Assembly (NCBI GenBank): GCA_965287045.1
Contig: OZ336878.1
Coordinates: 104,656,001 to 104,720,000, forward strand
Length of the DNA stretch: 64,000 nucleotides
Reading direction: 5' to 3'
Source: Carcharhinus amblyrhynchos
Lineage: Eukaryota
Shown here: piece after piece, positions 24,790 through 37,632 of the stretch
Layout: each line of letters begins with the position of its first letter
How positions within the stretch are numbered: position 1 is the first letter of the stretch
Translations under genes and position numbers: made by a program
The notes under the pieces: generated by a model
What the model was told of the DNA's origin: nothing
What the model saw: only the letters and a program-made list of their open reading frames with translations
Database searches by the model: none

Positions 24790-27250
24790 AATGAGTTGAT
24801 TCTTTACGGTATTCCTGCTGACAGCAAATCGTTGGTATGCTTGCGTGGTGGCATGGAACATGACATAGCGATTCTCTTCTGTAATGGCGAATAGCATCCG
24901 CTTTTCTTGGATGTCAAATGGTTGCGGTTGAAGAGTTTTTTTGGTCCATCTCACAGAGAATGTCCCCTTCACTGGGAGGTTTGAACTGAAAAACTGCAGG
25001 ATAGGGGTGATGAAGATAGACAAAACAAGTCACGGCCATAACACATCACTCCTTAACCCAAGTCTTGGCCTGGAATGTTTGTGTCTTATTTATGTCGGTG
25101 AAGTTTGTCAGCATCGTCTTTTCATAGAGATTTCACAGGATATTGATGCATATCTTTGTTCAATCTGCATTTGTCAGTGCCTTCCATAATCCTTTCAAAT
25201 GAACTGAATCTAAAGCTTGGTCAGATAGTTGGAGGAGGCCATATAAGGTGTTTGATGTCTATCCTGACATTTCTCTTGATGTTGTCAAGCAGTGAAAATC
25301 ATATTTGTTGTTCATTGTTTACTAGGAAGCTTTCTGGAATGCTTTCAGAGAATTGATAAAAAAAAAGTGGCAAAAGCATGGACAATAATCTGCCTAATGA
25401 TAGAGAAGAGAGAAGTTCCATGGTAGAACCTACAGTTCAATTAAACTTATTTAATGTCATACAGTTATCGATATCAACGACATGGTAAAGGACATTCGAT
25501 CCACCACAACTAGGCATGACAAACACAAAGTGCCCAACAATTCTGATCTACTCTTACAGCAGTTGGTGGACAGCACAGTATTCGTTGGTAGAACAAGTGC
25601 AGATTAAAATAGCTTGTAAATGTAACGACGTCCCTACCGCAGCCATCCTTCCAGAAAGTGAGTTCCGAATTCTCATTACGGTCCCTGTGAAAAATGCTTC
25701 ATCTCTCATCCCTTCTAAACCTCCTACGCCTTGCGTTAAATCCATGGCCCTTTATCATTGATGCCTCCATTCTTGTCTATTCTATGTATGCCCATCATGT
25801 TTTTATACATTTCTTTCATGTTCTTTCACTTCTCCGCTGTTCCATGAAAATAATAACAGTTTATATATATTTTTTTCACAGCTAAATCTCCCTAGATCTG
25901 GCAATGTCTGGGTAAATCTCCTCTGCACCCTTTCCAGTGCAATTTCGAACCTCTTACAATGTGTATTCCAGAACTGCAAACCTGTGTACATGCGTGCCAC
26001 TTCAGGTTTTAGAACCTTTAAAGGATACAGGGATTTTTTTTTGCTCTATCCCCGATTTTCAGGAGCACGTGATGGAGATGACTGGTAATCTCTTGCATTC
26101 CAATTTTCGAAATAGCCGCCAGAATCCGCTCCATTCCTACGTACCCAATGGTGGTTTCTACTTCACCAACTCTTGGTGGGATTGCAATTTCATAATTGAT
26201 GGGGTGTTGGAGGAGTCCTGTGAACACAATGACATTTGTGATTGTGTCAGAGTATAGCAGCTCTCTTCAAATGTTCTTCCCATCGAAGGCTAATGTTTTC
26301 AATGTTTTTCAAATCATATCCGTCCTTACTTCACATTACTCAGAAATCTGAACTGTACTTGGCATTTTGGAGAATACAATGTACAATGTGGAGTAGAAGT
26401 CTTCTTTAGATGCATCATTGCCATTCAAAATTAAGTCTCAGCCAGTCACAAAACTGTTTTCGTTTGGTTCTGCAAAATTAAAAGCAGAATCATAAGGCGC
26501 TCTTTGATGCCGAATAGGAGATCTGAGCTTCGGTGGGTGTGCTGGTTACTGATGGTGAATCCAATTCCTTGCATCATAAGTTCAATCTTGCATTTTGCTT
26601 TCTAGGCAAAGATATAACCGCCACTTTCTACCCTGTGCTGCCGTTCACCAGCTCCCGGGGTTTCTTGTAGGGTAGCGAGAATAACGTTGAGGTGTTTGAG
26701 TTCAAGTGAGTCACGTTCCCTGTTCCCATCGATTATTTTGTTCGTTACATTGAGCGTTTTTAGATTCCAGTCTCCAGGATTGACTTTATCTTTCATAAAT
26801 GGACCAACTGGAGGCGATTTTACGTGCAGGTTGCCGATAGAGCATACTATTTTTATGGCACGTTTGCTAGCTTTTTGCGCGGAGAACAGCATGGATCTTG
26901 AAACATGCTGCTCAACAACGAAGGAAGCTACAAATAAGCTCTCGTTTTCCTATTCCAAGAGTGAACGACTGAATTAAGCTCCACTGCTTACTTGCCAGCA
27001 CAACGCTAATGACTTTAAGATCTCATGATCCTGTCCCATTCTCCTCTTTCTGGTTGCGGTTGGGCTGGATTATGCCGTGGGCGTGCGTTAGTTTCTTCTA
27101 GGTAGATATTTTCTGTAGGGCATTTTTTAAAGTGGGAACACCGTTGCACATTGCCCGCCTTTGTCAAAAGTAAATGCAGTTTCATTGGCAAAGGAACCTT
27201 GATTGTGGACCTCGCGTAGTCTGACAGAGTTCATCTGCCATTACAACCAG
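24790..27250 (-). mobile_element. RTE-clade LINE 5' part, decayed
   Basis: ORF 26602-26892 WNLKTL...ELKHLNVILATLQET..AGE.Q..ESGGYIF resembles an RTE endonuclease N-terminus; extent left of 26260 is less certain. Confidence 0.7.
25460..26010 (-). mobile_element. Old CR1 3' fragment inside the RTE region
   Basis: ALERVQRRFTQTLPDL and FFTGTVMRIRNSL motifs. Confidence 0.7.
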
Positions 27251-27719
27251 TGATATCGTAAGGGCATCTGCCGCCTGATACAATGTTTAACAGTTGTTTC
27301 GAAATGCGATTTTCTAGTTCCTCCCGTCCAACCTGATCGTCGTGGGAGACCAATCAGCAATTAATGTAGCCAAACAATGTCAATGTCTGGTTCAACGTGG
27401 TCATCTATCACAATAATAGATATTGTAATCAAGCCATATAGATTTTAGTACAAACTACAGAAAACACAACCAGATATCATGAACACATTTACTTGTAAAG
27501 GTTACACCGCCCCCAATTATGTCTAACATAAAGAGTTTGAACGTTCGTTGGCACTGAAGTGCCGACGCCTGTGAGAATGATAAATAGTTTTGGGATTAGT
27601 TTTCTTATATTGGGTTTGTGGACTTTTTCCACCATTCTTATACTCTGCCAGCCCCACCCATACCCATTATCTATCGCTCGATCTCTGGTAGCTCCATTGA
27701 GAACCCATCGTAAGTCTAT

Positions 27720-28180
27720 GAGAACGTAAGACATATGAGCAGAATTGGCCACTCAGCCTATCGTCTGCTCCGACATTCAATCATGGCTTTTTTTTTCTCA
27801 TCACCATTCTTCTGCCTTTTCCCCATTACCCCGATCCCCTTATTAATCAAGAATCAATCTATCTTTTTTTTTCTTAAAGGCAAGTAATGACCTGGCCTCC
27901 ACAGCCTCCTGCGGCGAAAAAAAAATCCACAGATTCACTACACTGTGGCTGAAGCACTTCCTCCTCATCTCTGTTTTAAATAATCGTCTCTTTACCCTGA
28001 ATTTGTGCGCTCTGGTCCTAATTTGTCCTACTAGTGGAAAAATCAACTCCACGTCCATTCTATCCAGGCCCCGCTATAGCGTTTGTGCTTCAATAAGATC
28101 CTCCACCCCCCCAAGACCACCCCCCGTTCCTCTAATCTCCAACGTGTACAGACTCAGAGTCCTCAACCGTTCCTCATACC
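27720..28180 (-). mobile_element. CR1 3' fragment (another subfamily)
   Basis: TRAHKFRVKRRLFKTEMRRKCFSHSVVNLW. Confidence 0.85.
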
Positions 28181-28709
28181 ACAAAATGACGTATCTCTCC
28201 GAATATTAATAAAGCCATGCATTTTACATGCATTCCGAACGCCCAATGATCCCATTGACATGCATATTATATGCGAAGACCATCAAAAGACCTTTATTTT
28301 ACTTAACAGTCTTTGAGGCAGACAGTGCAACAGACTCTTTGCCCTCGTAAGGTGGTATATTTGCAAGTATTTAACTGTCGTGACAGCTGAATTTGTAGTC
28401 ATGAACAAATACAATCATGTTTTCTGTTCCAATTGGCCCCTTTCAGCATTGCACCCTGGAGAGTATTTTGGCATTCCTTTTCAAAATACATTCCTGTCTA
28501 AAGTTCCCCGTAAGGATATTAGCCTGGTAGGCAATCCGTCCTTTTGAAAATGACCATACAGTGAAATTCTGTACTTCCCATCACAATTCAGTTCAATTGA
28601 AGCTAATAATACACAATATCAGGCAGAACTCAAAACCTGTGGCATATGTGCTGACATCATTCTTGTTCCACAGGGCAAGGTGACGTTTTATATTTTTGAG
28701 TAAATTTAC

Positions 28710-28745
28710 CTGCAACTTCAAGTAGTTTAGTCAATTCCATTTGCT
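28710..28745 (-). CDS. Micro-exon (36 nt): EQMELTKLLEVA
   Basis: tttactcttttttag|AGCAAATGGAATTGACTAAACTACTTGAAGTTGCAG|gtaaat. Confidence 0.85.
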
Positions 28746-29867
28746 CTAAAAAAGAGTAAACTGTCATTGTGAATTAAATAGACTTTTGATGGGTAGGTTT
28801 AGGCTGATCAATAGATGCTGAAACCTTAAACCCTTTTGGGTCAACACGAAGTCTGGTGACGTAGTAGATGAAACACCAATGATGGAGAAGAATTTATCCT
28901 CTGAATCTTTGTCAGAAAGCTGTGGGAACAGAGTTCATTTGCATTTTTGAGCCCGAGATTGATTTTTTTTCTTTAGGAAGGGGATCAAGATTTATGGGAA
29001 AAGGACAGAAAAACTGGTCTAACATTGTCGGATCTGACGTGATCTGATGGAAGGCGGAGGATCAGTGAGAAGTACAACAGCTGACTCCTGTCCTTATCTT
29101 CGATGGTCTTATGGACTTAGATCGGCAAAGCAATGTTTAAGCTTATTCAGGGATTCTTTTGACTAAGAAAATTCTTCGTGCCAGTCAGTGACAGTATTGA
29201 CATCCTAATTATAATCAACTTAAAGATACAAAAAAGAGAATAATGGCGGGATATTTAAAATGTACTATTTCACCAACTTTCATTGAAGAACAATTGCATT
29301 GTTCCATTGGTTGTATGATTAGGTCACAACATTCATTCCACCAATACTGCCTGCATTATTGATTGAATGCAGGAAACACTCGACGCACAAATCTCTCTGT
29401 TTTGTTTGAATAAACAATGCATGTACTCTGTCGTGATTGCGGTTACCACTGGAAGAAACAGATCAATGCCCTCCAAGCTGTGAAATCCACCTTTAATGCC
29501 ATGTCTTTTTTTTCCTCTCTCTCTTTCTGATAGCCGATCAGTTGAAGGTCCGTATGCAAATTAGCAGAAAACATCACATTGTTGTGTTCAAACAAAGATT
29601 AAATGCAACTAAAGAAGCTGCTATTGCCAGGTCTGGCAATATATTCTCTTCCCACATAGAATTAGTTTTGACAAGAGCATCAAACATCATGAAAACTGAT
29701 CGATTCAATCCTCGTTTAGGTGCCGTTACCTGCTTCAATATTGAGTGTATTCACGCTGAACTATCAGTAACTCAATGTTACCTACATTCCCCAAATTTAC
29801 TTAATAATTTTTGGCTAACTACAATGTTATCAAACTCATTTTAGTAACATTGAAAACGGGTCATTAC

Positions 29868-29894
29868 CTTTGTCTTTTATTTCCATTTGCTTGT
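29868..29894 (-). CDS. Micro-exon (27 nt): DKQMEIKDK
   Basis: gtcgttattttgcag|ACAAGCAAATGGAAATAAAAGACAAAG|gtaatg. Confidence 0.85.
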
Positions 29895-31572
29895 CTGCAA
29901 AATAACGACATGTAATGTTAATCTAAAATGTAAGGATCATATAGCAATGTATTATTTTACAAAAAATGAGACGTTGAATACACATTTTGACTCATGACCT
30001 TCACGCAACATACAGTACGACATTGTTCGATTTTCTTTCTATATATAGCTGTGTGCATGAATAATACTGTTTCAATTTGATTTAAAATGATTCTATGAAT
30101 ATTTTTCGCGTCAAATAACTGTAGCGCATGAAAAGACCACATCAATCGCCGAATTCCCTGATACTCCCTAACTTGCGATGAACACAGGCATGTCTAATTT
30201 TATTGACTTACTGAGAAATCTTGTTTGTGCTGTTGGGAATTTCGTCCTTGGAAAGCAGCAGCACGCTCATAAGAGACAGGTAGTAGTTTACATCGAAAAT
30301 GCTAAAAGCAGAAGCAGTCGACGATTTTCGTGACTAAGTATCATTCAGAGAGCTTGCATACCAAATTAGTGTTAATCCTGGAAGTTGGGAAGCTGACGCA
30401 AACACAAAAACTGTTGAAAATACAAAGCGGCTCAAGCAGCACCTTGAGAAATAATGATTAATGTTGCCGCCACCCCTGCCCTTTACAGTCAGAAGATCCA
30501 CATAATTACTATTTATGTTAAATGATTGCTCGTTAGAATCAACATCGTTCAAGCCATTAAAAGGATATCAACTACTCGGTCTAAGTTTATATTCCACTGA
30601 ACTGGATCTATCGGATTATTATCCATTCACCGACCCGAGTTTACATGTGTTCATTATACTCATTCCTTTGTACATTCCACAGCTGCATTCGACACTGAAA
30701 TTAACACATTTCTGATTTGATGATGAAACTTTGGGGTTGCATTTTCACCAGAAAGCTGCGCAGGATGTACGGAAAATGACATTAACATGCCATCGGACTT
30801 ATGTAGAAGCAGCACAATTCTCTGCGAAGCCTCCAAATGTGCAATTTTCGATTAAGCCTGTTGATACTAATTTCACACGTCCTCTCAGTTCTTCAGAGCC
30901 ACCTGTCCAGGTCCTTCAGTCTTCCGAATACTCAACCCCACGTAGACATTCCCCTCAGGCTCTTTACCCTGTTCTCCTCCCCCCAGTTACTTCTGGACTT
31001 GCAACACTATCACCTTCCTGCCTGACCTATTGCATTACCGGTAATGGTCGCGCTATCAGTGGCACCAAGAGACTGGAGAGCGGCTGACCGCTGATTTGTA
31101 GGCGGCCCGCTTGAAGCAGTATTTCATTGTTGTGACCGGCGTAAGAAAAAGCTCTGACAAGTTTCAGCCATTTATTTCCGCGTAGTTATTTTAATAGCTG
31201 TAGTGACGCAGGGGTTGGGATGGGGGGAGCGATGTAACTTCTCGAGACTGGCGAAGATACCTGCACATTTTTCGTTGATTTGCTGAGGACCGTGGTCAAT
31301 TCAAAAGAGGTTTTACGACAGCAATCTACAAAATCGGTAGAAACAGCTGTCGTTCTTGGCGTAGCAACACACAGAATGTGGAGTAGAGATCATTTTAAGC
31401 CAAAGGGAAACTGTGAAAAAGGATCCATTTCAATCAAACATTCCCTATTGTCTAATATTGCCCGAGAAACTTCGTTTTGTTTTTATGTGAAAAGCAAAAC
31501 ATTTAGCAATCAAATAACTGTGCCAGTTTCCCAACGCATTCCTGCTGTATGTATAAGGGTGATAATACAAAC

Positions 31573-31599
31573 CTGACATTTTTATGCGGTTCTCTAATT
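31573..31599 (-). CDS. Micro-exon (27 nt): ELENRIKMS
   Basis: ttgttcgtttctaccacag|AATTAGAGAACCGCATAAAAATGTCAG|gtttgt. Confidence 0.8.
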
Positions 31600-31743
31600 C
31601 TGTGGTAGAAACGAACAAAAAATCAATATTTAACATATTCCCTCGTTTTTATCAGTAGGATATGTTGATGTCGAAGATCTTACCGTATGCTTCTCCGCAT
31701 CATTGCAGGATTATACCTTGTATTATCACCTGAATATTAAAAG

Positions 31744-32068
31744 TGGGGCTGCACGTGGTACCGTGGCTAGCATTGCTATCTCACAGCGCCAAGGTCCAGG
31801 CTTCAATTCTGGCCTCGGGTCACTGTCTGTTGGAGTTTGCACTTTCTCCCCGTGTCTGCATGGATTTGCTCCTGGTGCTCCCGTGTCCGCATATTCCAAA
31901 AACGTGCGGATTAGGTTGATTGGCTATGCTAAATTGACCCCAGTGTAACGGGGATTAGCACGGTAAATGCGTGGGGTTACAGGAGTGAGGTCTAGGTGGA
32001 ATTGTGGTCGGTACAGGCTTGATGGGTCCAATGGCTTCCTTCTGTATTGTACGGGTTCTATGGTTCTG
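31744..32068 (+). mobile_element. HE1-like V-SINE, full length
   Basis: tRNA-like head, V-domain gagtttgcactttctccccgtgtctgc, CR1-like tail gatgggtccaatggcttccttctg...ttctatggttct. Confidence 0.85.
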
Positions 32069-33093
32069 TGAAAGCAGAAATTGTAAAGCAGAGGTTCTGC
32101 CAGATGTTTATTTGTTTGATTTACTAGAAGAGAAATCGTATCAAGTTGTTTAACCACCTTTAGGTTGCATGGATTGACCTCTCTCCTCTTCACTTCTCTG
32201 ATGTATAAGACTTTTTGCCATAGCCTGAAGTTCACCCGTAATTTGAAAAAAAACATTCACAGAAAAATCTGGCGCGAATTTCTTCATGACAACATTACGG
32301 CAATCTTGGAATGCATCGATTCCATACGCCGATATTAGGTGTCGTCGCTTCGGTTTCTGATGTGTTCGAATTAGTTACTTTCCCCGTAGTCATCTTATAT
32401 TCGTGCTTGTTCATTTACCAAAGTCAAGTTTGTACACTTGGTTATGCGTAAATTCTCCATTGCCAAAGATCTTGTCGAAAAATACATGGTCTCAGCCTTC
32501 AAGCTCTGAAGCCTACCAAAAACTCAAATACACCATTTAAAGCCTCAGATTCACTTCTTCTATTACAAAGGTCTTAGTAATACGGAAGAGTGATCAAGTT
32601 TACAGTTATCAAAGTTTGATAACTGCATCACGCCAAATGCGTGGCAGCACTGTACTGCCCAGCTTGGCATACCTGCTGAACGTTCGAGTAACATTGCACC
32701 CTGTAACATTCAATTAATTAGTAAGTCAGCACAACGTAAAACGAATGGCTTCTGTTTCCCTTTTGGTAGCAAAAGCCCTGGGGCATTATGAATGGTTTCG
32801 TTTAACTTAGCAATAAGTGGCAATGTCAGATCAAATAATTACACACAAAAACATCGTGAGTTGCAATGACAAAAATACAAACAATGGCATGAAATAAATG
32901 CAACGAGAATGACAACGTACTGGATTACATCCAGTTGCCATATCCGTTCAAACAATTGGTGAGGTAAAACGTGTAGACATCGACAGTGCTTTTCAGAATT
33001 TGTGTGTTTTTATTTTTGAGTAGGTCCTTTAATAAATCGTGCATTTTATTGAGACGACTGCCATCTTTGTTAAAAACACGTTTTGTGTCTCAC

Positions 33094-33120
33094 CTGTCTG
33101 TTTATCAAGCATATGATTTT
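33094..33120 (-). CDS. Micro-exon (27 nt): ENHMLDKQT
   Basis: tttttctttcttatag|AAAATCATATGCTTGATAAACAGACAG|gtgaga. Confidence 0.85.
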
Positions 33121-34904
33121 CTATAAGAAAGAAAAATTGTGTTTTGATATAAAACCAGGTGAAAGTAAAAACTATTTTTTAGCTCAACCTAGGAGAGAAA
33201 TTTTTTGTTTAACATTTCCCATTCAGCCAGATGTCAAGACATGACCTTGTTTCGATTTTTTAAAAAATATTAACTTTGGCTACCTTCTCACTAAAAACTG
33301 AATCACGGTTTTGTACTTTTAATGGTTGCAACCAGTTCATGTTCTAAGTACATGGTCATTTTGCTTCAAGTAACAATATTTTCACATGCAATTAAAGACG
33401 ATCCCACCTATGCCATGCTAGGAAATTTCGTACAGCGTGTATGATTGCAAGGCTGAAGCCGCCTGCAGCAGTCAAATACTCAAAATGGTTCAGACACAAA
33501 GCAGGAGGTATTTTTATTTAGCAGACAGATGTGTTTACCTTCTCCATCTCCAGAATCATTGGCAAACGTTTCATTAACTTTAGACAATCATTGCCCTTGA
33601 AAGTTGTATTTTTCATCATGAGTATATCATGTGTATCAAACTAAAATAAAATTGTGTCTAATAGCTGGACATGAATATAGAATAGACGTGTTCTGTGTAT
33701 AATTTCAGTACAAATTGATAAAATCGACACTGTATATGTTGTGCGCCCAAAAACCCCATGTGATCGTTCTCAGTCAACATATAACCGCACGGTAGAAAAA
33801 TGATTATCGTGGGTTTCAGGACAGCCAGGTGTTTCTTCTTTCGGAAAAGGCTGTCGTGGCTGTGGTATTGCAAAATGCAGTTGCAGAGGATACCTGAAGC
33901 AAAGCAAATAGTGCCTGTGGCAGCTGTGGAAAGATGCATTAGCAATACTGATCGCGAGAAGCTATGTGACAAAGAAATTACCTAAAGTTGTGAATAGAAT
34001 AACAAGCAGGACAATCGAATACTGAAGCCCGTCCCGCTGTTCGAATTGGCGTTGTTTAACCTCCTGCTACAAGTCCGTTTATCCTCACAATCCACAAAAA
34101 ACATAATTGGTTGAACTTCCGAAAATGCCCCCATATCAGTCTTTAAGTTACTCACTGACGGATTACCTGCAAGTCTCTGGGGTACAGGACTTTAAAGCTC
34201 AACATCTTTCTGACAAAATGAATTTCGTGTTATGCCACTTTGTAAATATTGACTCCTTAGCCGCAGACTGTCCCCGGAAATATATACTTCGGCCAGAGGG
34301 TTCTTCATTCTTCAACATTCACTTGAACAATATGTCAATACTGAAAATTTCAGTCAGTCAACTCTCATTCTTTTAAGCTGTATAATTTTTTCTTATAGTC
34401 TATTCAATTTCTGCACCTGCAACCATCCGAGGCATCGATTGGATGATCCTTTTGTTTCATTCGCTGTAAATGAGTGATCCGAGCCGTTGCCAGCGGGATG
34501 TATCACCCAGTCAGCAGCAGTAGCCATGCAAGATTGAGAGAGGGCAATTTTCTACGCCTCGGGAGACCTGTTTACTTCTCCACCCCACCTCCACGCCCCC
34601 GCTCCCCATCCCGCGCAGGAAGCAGCGAAGAACGGAAGAACGGTTGACGTTGACAGATCACGCAAAATGTCGTTATCTCCAAGTCCAAAACATAAAGTCC
34701 ACCTCCGAGCTCACCACGTTAACTGGTTAAATTAAATTTACATGCCTGGTGACATTTAACTGAGATACGTACAAATCCAAAAAAAAACTGTGGTCTTAAG
34801 TACGAAGAGAGACGTCTTCTAATGTCATAGCACAATGTAACAGATAAATGATTGGCCTGATCTCTATTTTGAAGCTGACGACCAGTATGCAGTAGCTGTT
34901 TGGG

Positions 34905-35008
34905 AAAAGTGAGTAAGAAGTCTCACAACACCACGTTAAAGTCCAACAGCTTTATTTAACAGTAAACGCCACAAGCTTTCGAAACACTGTTCCTTCATCG
35001 GGTGAGTA
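34905..35008 (-). mobile_element. Solo Penelope-like terminal repeat
   Basis: gtaagaagtctcacaacaccacgttaaagtccaacag matches 9770-9805. Confidence 0.7.
34969..35004 (-). ncRNA. Minimal type I hammerhead ribozyme motif with a U4C core change
   Basis: Minus strand CAC-CCGATGA-A-GGAAC agt GTTTC-GAAA-GC-TT-GTG. Confidence 0.55.
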
Positions 35009-35009
35009 A

Positions 35010-35430
35010 AAAGTGAAACAGAGCTGCAGTTTCATCAGTAGAAGAATAGTGCATCGAAATCAGAAAGCTGACATAAAACTTTACAAAACACTTCGGGCTC
35101 AGCTGGAATATGACGATCAGTCTCCTACCCAGCAAGGAAATGTAGTCATTATAGAGGGGACAGTTGCATTTCAACATAAGGTAAAAACAGTTGGTCCAGT
35201 TCACTTGTCTGTACCGAAAGTAGAAGCTGTTTTTTTCTGCAGAGCAAGTGCTGAGAGGCTTTCAGAGAGCTGTTCAAGATCATGAACGAGTTAGATCGAT
35301 TAAATGAGACTGAAATATCTTCGGCACACTTACACGTCGTGGAAACCAGATCCATTAAATTCAGCGAATAGGCAACGTGAAGGGAAATCGTGAAAACTGT
35401 GGGTCAACATTATGCGTTGTGTTGATCTGC
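35010..35430 (+). mobile_element. Old CR1 fragment
   Basis: KLYKTLRAQLEY motif. Confidence 0.6.
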
Positions 35431-35589
35431 ATTCGGAAAGCAGTGGTTTATTGTTGCTGGTGTAGTCACCCGGAGACTTTGACGAATATTCTGCATGCGA
35501 GCCACCACTCTAGTATTAACATTCAATACCGACACAAGAATCTTAGGATCGCTCCAGCGCATTGTTTCTGCATTGCCTGTCAGAGATCA

Positions 35590-36657
35590 TCCTACCCTGG
35601 CCCAGCCCTGCCCTGTTCCAGTAAGCTCATATATTAATTCAGCTAATCTTCCTAATGTACATGTCATGGGACATGAAGTGACAACTTATCATTGCAAATC
35701 CCCAACAGCCTACATATATTTGAGCTGCAGAAGAAAATTGGAAGAAATTCAAGAAGACATGGAGAGAACATGCAAAGTCCGAGACAGAGTACAGGAATGA
35801 GACAGGGAATCTGGTGAGCTCGTGCGGCAACGATGATCTCTCCCTCAATGTCAAGAAAACGAAGAAGATTGTCATCGACTTCAGGAAGCGTAAATGAGAA
35901 CATGCTACTGTCTACATCGACGGGGCCGAAGTGAAAAGTATCGTGTGCTTCACTGTCCAGATCAACAACAACCAATCCTGGTCCCCCATGCCGATACTAT
36001 ATTTATGAAAGCCGACCAACGCCTGTACTTTCTCAGAATACTAAGGAAACTCGGCACGTTAGCTACGACTGTCACCAGTTTTTACACTTGCACCAGAGGA
36101 AGCTCTCTTTCTGGTTGTATCACAACTTGGTATGGCTCCTGGTCTGCTCAGGAAACTAGAAAAGATCGTGAACGTAGCCCAATCCATCACGCAAACCAGC
36201 CTCCCATCCATAAACTCTGTCTACACCTCCCGATGCCTTGGCAAATCAGCCAGTATAATTAAAGACTCCACGCACCCCGGACATTCTCTCTTTCAAAAGT
36301 TCCTTCGGGAAATAGATACAGAAGTCTGAGGTCACCTACCAGCCGACTCAAGAACAGCTTCCCTGCTGCTGTCAGACTTTTGAATGGACTTACCTTGCAT
36401 TAAGTTGATCTTTCTCTACACTCTAGCTATGACTGTAATACTACATTCTGGACTCTCTCGTTTCATTCTCTATGAACGGTATGTACTGTCTGTATTGCGC
36501 ACAAGAAACAATACTTTTCACAGTATGTTAATACATATTACAATAAACCAAATCAAATCAAATCAAAAGATCCACATAGACGTGCAAGGCCGGAATGGAA
36601 CCCAGCTGCCTGATCCTGTGGGGCAGTAGTGCCGGCACTGTGCCAACGTGTCACCAA
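35590..36657 (-). mobile_element. V-SINE split by a Rex1 insertion
   Basis: Head reverse complement at 36570-36657; V-domain gacatggagagaacatgcaaa at 35757-35777. Confidence 0.6.
35780..36568 (+). mobile_element. Rex1/Babar-type LINE 3' fragment
   Basis: LSLNVKKTKKIVIDFRK; KADQRLYFLRILRK...LSGCITTWYG; (aaatc)n tail. Confidence 0.85.
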
Positions 36658-37484
36658 ATGTTCACGATGGCATCATTACCGATTGTCATGAAATCACACC
36701 TGGTTTGCTAATTTCCTTTGGGAAAGTAAATCTATCTACTTGTCAGACATGTGGCTCCTGACACACAGCAATACATTTGAACCTTAATTGTCCTGTGAAA
36801 TGGCATAGCAAAACACTAAGCTATATACAAAAGCTACAAAGAAAGCAAAAATAAACAACCAGAATTGTTCTGACAACTCAGAATGGACCTTGGCAGCAGG
36901 AGTAACAATGACAAACTCAGCCGTATCGATCTGGAAATGTCCTCATAACTAACCTCTGGATAGTTGCACCAAAATCAAAAGAACAGGCTCGCGGACCAGT
37001 CAAGCAACAGGATGACATATTTTTATGATCAGAATTAGCGTTAGAGCTATTGTCCAAAACATCAGCGTCACTATTCCTTGGTTTGCCTCCTCCCACCAGA
37101 TGGCAGGCCCATCAGTTGTGGCGCACAGTTGTTTACAGTCTGCCTTGGAGATTCACTGCGTTGATTGCGTACTGGTGAATTATAATGGCATCAACTGAAT
37201 GTTGGCTTTATGCTGATTACTGCATATCGTCTCGGTCCCCCTCCGCCCTCAGCTGCCGAATCAGTGCTGTTCAATGGGGAACACCACTTGATGGGAATAT
37301 TGAAGGTGATAAGGGCACACAAAATACTCTGTGTGACGAACTTAATCTAGAATAGCTCAGCTCCAGTACGTCAATGCAGCATTCATTCAAACATATACAA
37401 AAGACATCTCGATTGATAAAGTGAGAGCGATTGTCCTTGTCATCAAGGCATCATTTTCCGGAGCGCAGCATCAGTTTGCGCTAG

Positions 37485-37632
37485 NNNNNNNNNNNNNNNN
37501 NNNNNNNNNNNNNNNNNNNNNNNNNNNNNNNNNNNNNNNNNNNNNNNNNNNNNNNNNNNNNNNNNNNNNNNNNNNNNNNNNNNNNNNNNNNNNNNNNNNN
37601 NNNNNNNNNNNNNNNNNNNNNNNNNNNNNNNN
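37485..37632. other. Assembly gap (148 N)
   Basis: Run of n. Confidence 1.

Noticed and set aside
30212-30229. 18-nt candidate exon AQTRFL
   Set aside because: Good donor but mediocre acceptor and atypical length; within chance expectation.
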